A stretch of 14,314 nucleotides of DNA from an uncultured bacterium. Lineage in GTDB: Bacteria; Abyssobacteria; SURF-5. Each line of letters starts with the position of its first letter. Position 1 is the stretch's first letter. Under the pieces are notes generated by a model, which was given only the letters and a program-made list of their open reading frames with translations, ran no database searches and had not been told where the DNA came from. The DNA lies in contig CAZEBC010000092.1 of NCBI GenBank assembly GCA_964510165.1, forward strand, positions 1,282 to 15,595, in the 5' to 3' direction. This document shows, piece by piece, positions 7,382 through 14,267 of the stretch. The translations under genes were made by a program, and so were the position numbers.

Positions 7382-7681
7382 CTAATAGCGATACCCGTAG
7401 CCGTGATAGTAGTACCCCCTGTACGGATACGGATATACATAGGGGTACGGGTAAGGGTACGGATAAGCCCTGTAGTATCCATAGGGATATGGATACGGCG
7501 CAGGATACACATAGTACGGCCGCGGATAAACCGGCACATTGAAGTTGAACCCCACCGAGAAATGGCTGTGGCCATGATGCCACGAATGCGCGAGCGCATT
7601 CCCCGAAAGCCCGAATCCCAGCAGTCCAACAGCCAGTAATCCCGTGACGAGCAACCTGCAAAACCCAAAGCCAACCTTCAT
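7382..7681 (-). CDS. Small exported Tyr/Pro-rich protein (YP repeats) with an N-terminal His patch, 99 aa
   Basis: GGAGG 8 nt before ATG 7681; signal peptide MKVGFGFCRLLVTGLLAVGLLGFGLSGNALA; the mature 68 aa contain 23 Tyr and 13 Pro. The signal peptide is similar to that of the neighbouring gene. Confidence 0.82.
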   Translation of the reverse strand: MKVGFGFCRLLVTGLLAVGLLGFGLSGNALAHSWHHGHSHFSVGFNFNVPVYPRPYYVYPAPYPYPYGYYRAYPYPYPYPYVYPYPYRGYYYHGYGYRY

Positions 7682-7809
7682 GTTCTGACCTCCCGTCCAA
7701 TCTAAACAAGCCTTTTGTCCATCCACTATCTTAGACGGTTCTAAATAGTCACTCATTCAATACGAAATTCGACTCGAACAAACCGCCAGAATCAAGAACT
7801 CCAGCCCAG

Positions 7810-8607
7810 TCACACCTTCATGCCCGGCAGGTTAAGCGAAGCCGTATTGCCCCCGTCAACGGGAAGCGCCTGCCCCGTCACGTAGCTGGCTTCATCGCTG
7901 GCGAGGAACAAAATGGCCGCTGCCACCTCCTCGGGCCGACCATAGCGCCGTAGCTCACAACGGTAGCCCAGCCTCGATTCTTTCCCCGTCTGGCGCGCGT
8001 ACTCGAACACCGGCTTCGTCATGCCCGTCTCGATCAAGCCCGGGCACACCGCGTTCACACGCACGTTGTATCCGCCAAGGTCACAGGCGGACGTCTGCGT
8101 GAAATTGATGAGCGCCGCCTTGCTCGCGCTATAAGCGTTGCCCCCCGCGCCGGAGCGAATCCCGGCGACCGACGCCGTATTCACGATCGCGCCCGAGCGT
8201 CTTGCCTGCATGTGCCGTGCGACGTGCTTGGTCGCGTACACCGCCCCCATCAGATTCACTTCGAATATCCTCCGCCATTCGCCGGCATCCTCGTCCTCCA
8301 CGCTGGGATAGCCGCTTGCTATTCCCGCATTGTTGCAGAGGATATCCACCTGCGAATAGGTGTCAATCGCGAACTCGATGAGCGCCTTCACTTCTTCTTC
8401 GATCGAAACGTCCGTCTTCCGGAAAACCGCCTCTCCGCCCTGCCCGGCTATGGCTCCCGCCACTTCTGCCAGCGCGTGCTCACTCACGTCGGCAAGCACC
8501 ACCGTCGCGCCTTCACGCGCAAACAAGACAGCCGTTGCCCGACCGATTCCGCTCGCGGCTCCAGTGATAATCGCCACTTTCCCTCTTAGTCGTTCACCGC
8601 GCGCCAT
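7810..8607 (-). CDS. Classical short-chain dehydrogenase/reductase (SDR), probably NAD(H)-dependent, 265 aa
   Basis: TGAASGIG cofactor motif, Asp after beta-2 (LADV), NNAGI, catalytic YSASK, VRVNAVCPG and C-terminal VTGQALPVDGG; RBS AAGGAG. The substrate cannot be determined. Confidence 0.95.
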   Translation of the reverse strand: MARGERLRGKVAIITGAASGIGRATAVLFAREGATVVLADVSEHALAEVAGAIAGQGGEAVFRKTDVSIEEEVKALIEFAIDTYSQVDILCNNAGIASGYPSVEDEDAGEWRRIFEVNLMGAVYATKHVARHMQARRSGAIVNTASVAGIRSGAGGNAYSASKAALINFTQTSACDLGGYNVRVNAVCPGLIETGMTKPVFEYARQTGKESRLGYRCELRRYGRPEEVAAAILFLASDEASYVTGQALPVDGGNTASLNLPGMKV

Positions 8608-8751
8608 ACCCGCTCCTTGCCTTTGATTTCAAGCAAACCCTTGCCGCGTCCGGTCAAACGCCTGGCCGCACTCGGCGTCGCTTCCCGTTTCCATGCGTAG
8701 CGGCTGCATTATATATCATCCAACTCATAAATTGGACCACAAACCGTCCGA

Positions 8752-8780
8752 TTGACATTTCCGCGAGAAACTGCTAGAAA
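8752..8780 (+). promoter_or_regulatory. Candidate sigma-70 promoter for the CGGC-domain gene
   Basis: TTGACA (8752-8757), 17 nt spacer, TAGAAA (8775-8780) with an extended -10 TG at 8772-8773; the -10 lacks the final T. Confidence 0.5.
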
Positions 8781-8825
8781 TTAGCTGCGGGGGGCAAGAC
8801 ACCATTCCGAGGAGAGAGGTGAAAC

Positions 8826-9185
8826 ATGGCTAGGAACGTCGGCATCATCTACTGCAAGAGAATCCAGGACCAAAGCTGCGTCGGTTGCGCGAAGTGCTAC
8901 AAGGCCGTCAACGACAAGGCCTTCGCCTTCGAGGGACAGAGCGACGTCAGGCTTGTGTTCAAGACAAGTTGCGGCGATTGCCCCGGACTCGTCCTGCCGA
9001 AACTGCAACTGCAGATGGGTGTCCTCGAGAAACTCGGAGAAAAAGTGGATGAGATCTACTTCGGCACCTGCGTCAAGAAAGCGCATGCCGTCATGAACTG
9101 CCCCATGAATCTTGACGGCATCAAAAACAAAATCGAGGAGATATTCAAGGTCCCTGCCAAAGTCGGCACCCATGATTTCCCGTAA
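8826..9185 (+). CDS. CGGC-domain Cys-rich putative metal/Fe-S-binding protein, 119 aa
   Basis: Strong RBS GAGGAGAGAGGTG; pattern VGIIYC...CVGCAKC...AF...SCGDCPG...IYFGTC...CP...VGTH matches the CGGC domain (CGDC variant); 8 Cys. Confidence 0.88.
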   Translation: MARNVGIIYCKRIQDQSCVGCAKCYKAVNDKAFAFEGQSDVRLVFKTSCGDCPGLVLPKLQLQMGVLEKLGEKVDEIYFGTCVKKAHAVMNCPMNLDGIKNKIEEIFKVPAKVGTHDFP

Positions 9186-9212
9186 TCCATCGCTCTCGTG
9201 CAGTATCTCTTG

Positions 9213-10256
9213 TCAGTCGGGAGACCGCATCCTCTTGCTGAGGGCGTCCATGAGGGATTTGCAGGAAGGATCGGTTCTCATCTTGTCCTCGATCTTTCGG
9301 CAGGCGTGCAATACCGTGGTGTGGTCCTTGCGGCCAAAGGCCCGGCCTATCTCGGCAAGCGATGCCGTGGTGAATTTTCTCGTCAGGTACATCGCCGCCT
9401 GACGGGGAAATGCAACGGAGCGCCCTCGGCGCGTCGAGGAAAGCTCGGAGAGCTTGACCTCGAAGAATTTCGCCGTAATCTGCTTTATGTCCTCGACCGT
9501 GAGGTCGCGCGGAGCGGTCCGCTCGAAAAGGTCCTTGAGCACTTCCCGCGCGAGTTCAACCGTCGGCGCTTCGCCGCGCAGGCTCGCCGCGGCCACGACT
9601 CTGGTCAGAGCGCCCTCCAATTCGCGGATATTCGAATCAATCCGTTCCGCTATCAGGAGCACAACCTCACGCGGAATGTCCGCCTTGCAGCTCCTCGTCT
9701 TCTTCTCGAGAATCGCGACGCGCGTCTCGAACTCAGGCGGTTCAATACGGGTCACAAGCCCCCACTCGAACCTGCTCACAAGCCGCTCCTCAAGCGTGGG
9801 TATCTGCTTCGGAGCCCGATCGGACGAAATCACTATCTGCCTCTTCTTATCGTGCAGCGCGTTGAAGGTGTGAAAAAACTCCTCCTGCGTGGCGTCTTTG
9901 CCGGCTATAAAGTGAATATCATCAATGAGCAGGAAATCAATCTCTCGGAATCGCCGTCTGAACTCCTGCGTAGACCCCGTCTGTATCGCCGAAATAAGTT
10001 GGTTTGTGAATTGCTCGGTAGACAGGTACAAGGCCTTCAGACTTTCCTGATGCCTCGACAAAGTGTAATGCCGAATCGCATGCAGAAGATGCGTCTTGCC
10101 CAAGCCCACCCCGCTGTAAATGAACAGCGGATTGTAGAGCTCGCCCGGCCGCTCCGCTACACCTCTGGCTGCGGAATGCGCAAACAAGTTGCAGGACCCG
10201 ACAACAAAATTCTCAAACGTGTACTGGGGATAGACCGCCGAGAGTTGCTTCTTCAT
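9213..10256 (-). CDS. dnaA: DnaA homologue with only the AAA+ (III) and DNA-binding (IV) domains, 347 aa
   Basis: YTFENFVVG, YNPLFIYSGVGLGKTHL (Walker A), LLIDDI (Walker B), TQEEFFHTFN, RLVSRFEWGL (Arg finger), NIRELEGAL (sensor II), PRQAAMYL and DHTTVLHA (domain IV). An in-frame TAA lies 6 codons upstream of the ATG, so domains I/II are absent. Confidence 0.95.
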   Translation of the reverse strand: MKKQLSAVYPQYTFENFVVGSCNLFAHSAARGVAERPGELYNPLFIYSGVGLGKTHLLHAIRHYTLSRHQESLKALYLSTEQFTNQLISAIQTGSTQEFRRRFREIDFLLIDDIHFIAGKDATQEEFFHTFNALHDKKRQIVISSDRAPKQIPTLEERLVSRFEWGLVTRIEPPEFETRVAILEKKTRSCKADIPREVVLLIAERIDSNIRELEGALTRVVAAASLRGEAPTVELAREVLKDLFERTAPRDLTVEDIKQITAKFFEVKLSELSSTRRGRSVAFPRQAAMYLTRKFTTASLAEIGRAFGRKDHTTVLHACRKIEDKMRTDPSCKSLMDALSKRMRSPD

Positions 10257-10305
10257 GCGAATACCGAACGATTAATCCAGACCCGCGCCGCTGTCTCTCT
10301 AAAAC

Positions 10306-10419
10306 CAATCCACAAAGTTATCAACATCCAAGCCCATCGAGCATAACACCTTGATATCACAAATGTTAGCATGAAACCAGCAAGAATATGAGCCGATTCT
10401 GTCCACAGACTTATCCACA
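10306..10419 (+). promoter_or_regulatory. Two tandem pairs of DnaA boxes upstream of dnaA
   Basis: CAATCCACA (10306-10314) plus TTATCAACA (10318-10326), and CTGTCCACA (10399-10407) plus perfect TTATCCACA (10411-10419); all in one orientation with a 3 nt gap in each pair. Confidence 0.8.
10340..10371 (-). promoter_or_regulatory. Candidate extended -10 promoter element(s) for dnaA
   Basis: Minus strand TGcTAACAT (10371-10363) and TGtTATGCT (10348-10340), both between the two DnaA-box pairs; no good -35. Confidence 0.35.
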
Positions 10420-10673
10420 TCGACAATGAGTAACAGAACGTGACATGAATGCGCCAGATGCCTGCAATCTTCATCTTAAACGAACGGTCGGTATAGAAAG
10501 GCCCGAGAAATCGGCCGCGCCGTTCATAGGTGCCGCAACAAGCACGGCAACCCCTATTCCGCATGTGGTGCACCTCACGTAATGCTATGTTACAGCGAGT
10601 CTGACATCAGACGGACGGGAGAGTCGTACGACATGTTGGCTTCAAGCCCTGCAGAAATGATGGGCGCGGATGT

Positions 10674-12401
10674 TCAGGCGTAGCCCATGGTCTCGCCCAG
10701 TACTTCTTCGATGGACGTGATGCCCGCAAGTATCTTCAATATGCCGGCCTCACGCAGTGTGCGCATGCCGGCTTTGATGGCGGCATCACGTATCTCTCCG
10801 GTCGAGCATCTTTTGAGTATCAAGTCCCGAAGCTCGTCATTCAAGGTCATCAGTTCATAGATACCGGTACGCCCCTTGTATCCGACGTGGAAGCACTCCT
10901 TGCACCCGCGAGCACGATATATCTTCTTCCCTTTAATGTCCTCACGGGTGAGGTTGATTGCTGCCAGTTCTTCGTCAGAGGGCTCGTACTCCTCCCGGCA
11001 GAACAGGCACAGTTTCCTGACGAGTCGCTGGGCGATGATGGCCTCGATCGTGGACGTGAGCAGGAAGGGCTCGACATCCATATCGATCATACGGGTGATG
11101 GTGCTTGGGGCGTCGTTGGTGTGAAGAGTGCTGAAGACAAGGTGGCCTGTAAGCGAGGCCTCCACCGCGAGCGCGGCGGTTTCGAGGTCGCGAATCTCGC
11201 CGACCATGCAGATATCGGGGTCCTGGCGGAGAATCGACCTCAGACATTTCGCGAAAGTAAGCCCGACCTTTTCATTGATATTCACTTGCACGATGCCGTT
11301 GACCTGATACTCTACAGGGTCTTCGGTCGTGATGATCTTCCATTGAGGGTCGTTCAACTCGTTGAGACACGCATACAGGGTTGTGGTCTTGCCCGAACCG
11401 GTCGGCCCGGTGACAAGAATGATTCCATTCGGCCTCTGGATAAGGTCTTTTATGATGTCGTGTTGTTCTTTTTCAAGTCCGAGACCGTCAAGGGATATCA
11501 TGACGGCGCTGCGGTCGAGAATACGAATCACGATGCTCTCGCCGAACATCGTCGGCAAAAACGAAATTCGAAGGTCGATATCTTTTCCGCCCAGTGTGAG
11601 CTGTATGCGGCCGTCCTGCGGAAGCCTGCGTTCGGCAATGTCAAGATTGGCCATGACCTTCAAACGCGAGCTGACGGCCAAGGCCAGATGCTTGGGCGGG
11701 GTCGCAATGTTGTAGAGCACGCCGTCAACGCGCTGCCGCACCTGGTAATCTTCCTCAAACGGCTCGAAGTGAAGGTCCGACGCACGGCTCTGGATCGCCT
11801 GGAGAATAACCAGGTTGATCAGCTTGATGACGGGACCCTCGTGGGCAAGGGATATCAGGTTGCTGGCATCGGCGATCTCCTCGCGGGTTCCTTTGCCGAT
11901 GTTCTCGTCAATGACCTTCTCGACGTCGGCGAACAGTTCATCGATGAGCGCAGCGGCGGATTGCTCCTGGTATCCGTAATACTTCTCGATTGCAGCGGCT
12001 ATCTCGCTCTGAGAACTGACGGCCCCTTCTATTTCGCAGCCGAGTATGACCTTCAGGTCGTCAATCGTATTGATGGCGAGCGGGTCGGCCATGGCGATGG
12101 TGAGCACGCCGTCGCTCTTCCTGATGGGAATAATATTGTAAAACTGCGCGATGTCGGGAGTGACAAGGTTCAGAACTTCGGAATCAATCGAAATCTGGGC
12201 AAGATTGATCTGCTCCATGCCCTGTTGAATCCCAAGGGCATTAACGATGTCTTGCTCGCTGGCGTACCCCATGCTGACGAGGGTGCGCCCAAGGAACTCC
12301 TGCGAGGCGCGCTGCTTCTCAAGGGCTTCCTCGAGTTGGGCGGCGGTGATGACACCGTTCTCAATCAGGATTTCTCCCAGATTCCTGGTTCCGAGAGTCA
12401 A
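10674..12401 (-). CDS. gspE: GspE/PilB-family type IV filament assembly ATPase (second copy), 575 aa
   Basis: MshEN-like N-terminus, RASDLHFEP, LDIAERRLPQDGRI, Walker A GPTGSGKTTT, Asp box TEDPVEY, LRQDPD, Walker B MVGEIRD, His box TGHLVFSTLHTND, tetracysteine CLFC...CKEC. TTG start with AAGGAG upstream. GspE and PilB cannot be told apart by eye. Confidence 0.93.
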   Translation of the reverse strand: MTLGTRNLGEILIENGVITAAQLEEALEKQRASQEFLGRTLVSMGYASEQDIVNALGIQQGMEQINLAQISIDSEVLNLVTPDIAQFYNIIPIRKSDGVLTIAMADPLAINTIDDLKVILGCEIEGAVSSQSEIAAAIEKYYGYQEQSAAALIDELFADVEKVIDENIGKGTREEIADASNLISLAHEGPVIKLINLVILQAIQSRASDLHFEPFEEDYQVRQRVDGVLYNIATPPKHLALAVSSRLKVMANLDIAERRLPQDGRIQLTLGGKDIDLRISFLPTMFGESIVIRILDRSAVMISLDGLGLEKEQHDIIKDLIQRPNGIILVTGPTGSGKTTTLYACLNELNDPQWKIITTEDPVEYQVNGIVQVNINEKVGLTFAKCLRSILRQDPDICMVGEIRDLETAALAVEASLTGHLVFSTLHTNDAPSTITRMIDMDVEPFLLTSTIEAIIAQRLVRKLCLFCREEYEPSDEELAAINLTREDIKGKKIYRARGCKECFHVGYKGRTGIYELMTLNDELRDLILKRCSTGEIRDAAIKAGMRTLREAGILKILAGITSIEEVLGETMGYA

Positions 12402-12435
12402 GACTGATTCACTCTCCTTCTCTACTCACCGTTCT

Positions 12436-14229
12436 TTACGATACGCTCTTCACCAATTTCAACCCGGGGATGGGGTCGTCCATCTGAGTTATCGCCACAG
12501 CTTCTTCGATGGTGGTGGTGCCGTTGAATACCTTGAGCCATGCGTCGTCTCGCAGCGTCCTCATGCCCATGCGGCGAGCCTGGTTCTTCAGATTGTTCGT
12601 GGGCTCGCGCCTGAGCACCATCTCGCGGATAGTCTCGTTCATGACCAAAAGTTCGAGCACCGTCGTCCGACCATGATAGCCTCGCCGATTGCAGCTCTCG
12701 CAGCCGGCTCCCTTATGGAACGTGATATCCCGCACCTCATCGGGATTGAGGCCTACGTGCCGCAGTTTCTCATCGGTCGGATGGTCTTCGGTCTTGCAGC
12801 TCTTGCATATCTTTCGCACGAGGCGCTGGGCCGAGACGGCCTGCACGGCCGACGCGACAAGGAAGGGCTTGATGCCCATGTCGATGAGTCGGTTCAGCGC
12901 GCCCGCCGAGTCGTTGGTGTGAAGCGTGCTGAACACCAAATGGCCGGTGAGCGACGCCCTGATGGCAATTTCCGCCGTCTCGCTGTCGCGGATTTCACCG
13001 ACCATCACGATGTCCGGCGACTGCCGCAGAATGGACCTCAGTCCTGCGGCAAATGTGAGCCCTATTTCTTCTTCAATCTGCACCTGATTGATGCCCGAAA
13101 GCACGTATTCAACCGGGTTCTCAATAGTGATTATCTTGCGTTCAGGCGTATTGATGGTGTTCAAGGAAGCGTACAGCGTCGTCGTCTTGCCCGAACCGGT
13201 CGGCCCGGTCACCAGCACGATGCCGGTCGGGATGTGAAGAAGTCCCTCCCACGTTCTCAGGGTATCCGGCGCATAACCCAAGTCGCGCAAATCGAGCGCC
13301 AGGCTGCTCTTGTCAAGGATACGGAGCACGAAGCTCTCGCCGTAAATGGCTGGCAGCGCCGACGCGCGAAGGTCAATGTCCTTGCCCATTAATTGAATCT
13401 TGATACGACCGTCCTGCGGAATCCTTTTCTCGGAAATGTCCATTCCGGCCATCAGCTTCAGACGCGAAAGGATGGCGTTTTGCAGTGCCTTGGGAGGCGG
13501 GTTCACCTCGTGCAGCACGCCGTCAATGCGATACCGCACTTTCAGCTCGCGCTCGAAAGGCTCTATGTGAATATCGCTCGCCCGATGCCTGAACGCTTCG
13601 AGGATGAGCAGGGTCACAAGCTTGATTATCGGCCCCTCATCCGATTCCTCGTCATCGCTTCCCTCCATGATGGAGCCGTCGAACTCGATGCTCTCCACGC
13701 TGAGGCTGCTCACGCTCAAGCTCGACACGGTGCTGAGACTGTCGCCGCTGACCTGAGACAACATGGTGTCAACGGTGACTTCCTCGAGCCCGTAGTACTT
13801 GCGAATCGCCTCCTTGATGTCCTCGGGCGTGGCGATGACAGGGCTGATGTTGCACTCGAGCAGGAGCCGCAGATTGTCCACAACGCCAAGATTGGTCGGG
13901 TCGGCCATCGCGACATAAAGATTCTTGCCGTCTTTTCTGACCGGGATCACCTGGTAGATTTTCGCTATCGAGGCCTGGACAAACTCAATCAACTCCTCTG
14001 ATATTTCGAGATTCGCGAGATTGACCAGAGGGAGGTTCAGTTGGGTCGCAAGCGCTTCGGCAAGATGCTTGGAGGTTATATACCCGAAACTTACCAGAAC
14101 GTCGCCCAGACGCCGGTTGCTCGCGCGCGTCTGCTGGCGCTTAAGGGCATCCTGCAACTGCTCTTGCGTGATGGCGCCCTGAGCCAGAAGTATCTGCCCG
14201 AGCGACTTGCTGCTCTCGATAACAGCCAC
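12436..14229 (-). CDS. gspE: GspE/PilB-family type IV filament assembly ATPase (first copy), 597 aa
   Basis: MshEN-like N-terminus, RASDIHIEP, MDISEKRIPQDGRI, Walker A GPTGSGKTTT, TIENPVEY, Walker B MVGEIRD, His box TGHLVFSTLHTND, tetracysteine CKSC...CESC. GTG start with AAGGGGGA upstream. Confidence 0.93.
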   Translation of the reverse strand: MAVIESSKSLGQILLAQGAITQEQLQDALKRQQTRASNRRLGDVLVSFGYITSKHLAEALATQLNLPLVNLANLEISEELIEFVQASIAKIYQVIPVRKDGKNLYVAMADPTNLGVVDNLRLLLECNISPVIATPEDIKEAIRKYYGLEEVTVDTMLSQVSGDSLSTVSSLSVSSLSVESIEFDGSIMEGSDDEESDEGPIIKLVTLLILEAFRHRASDIHIEPFERELKVRYRIDGVLHEVNPPPKALQNAILSRLKLMAGMDISEKRIPQDGRIKIQLMGKDIDLRASALPAIYGESFVLRILDKSSLALDLRDLGYAPDTLRTWEGLLHIPTGIVLVTGPTGSGKTTTLYASLNTINTPERKIITIENPVEYVLSGINQVQIEEEIGLTFAAGLRSILRQSPDIVMVGEIRDSETAEIAIRASLTGHLVFSTLHTNDSAGALNRLIDMGIKPFLVASAVQAVSAQRLVRKICKSCKTEDHPTDEKLRHVGLNPDEVRDITFHKGAGCESCNRRGYHGRTTVLELLVMNETIREMVLRREPTNNLKNQARRMGMRTLRDDAWLKVFNGTTTIEEAVAITQMDDPIPGLKLVKSVS

Positions 14230-14267
14230 AGTGGTCCCCCTTTTCCCGCGTTGCCTTCCGCGTTCAA

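Noticed and set aside
6910-7542. 210 aa Met-rich plus-strand ORF with MSEVM repeats
   Set aside because: Mirror of His codons (CAT/CAC read as ATG/GTG); the minus-strand genes have SDs, signal peptides and a terminator.
6973-7681. The small proteins as RiPP precursors or a His attenuator leader
   Set aside because: Both have Sec-type signals ending in A-L-A; no maturase, peptidase-transporter or his operon is adjacent.
7682-7756. 25-codon extension of the Tyr/Pro ORF
   Set aside because: ATG 7681 has GGAGG and begins directly with the signal peptide.
8708-8713. TATAAT on the minus strand upstream of the SDR gene
   Set aside because: A plausible -10, but with no matching -35 it is too weak to list.
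9198-10346. 382 aa plus-strand ORF
   Set aside because: Antisense shadow of dnaA.
10399-10474. SLSMWISLW in the upstream ORF as a frameshifted DnaA domain I (cf. E. coli FSMWIRPL)
   Set aside because: These codons are the DnaA boxes read on the minus strand, and the Trp spacing does not match domain I.
10257-10673. Calling this intergenic region oriC
   Set aside because: Only four boxes, no clear DnaA-trios or AT-rich unwinding element and no dnaN; genome-wide skew is needed.
10887-14001. Long plus-strand ORFs of 506, 381 and 202 aa
   Set aside because: Antisense shadows of the two ATPases; their mutual similarity mirrors the paralogy.
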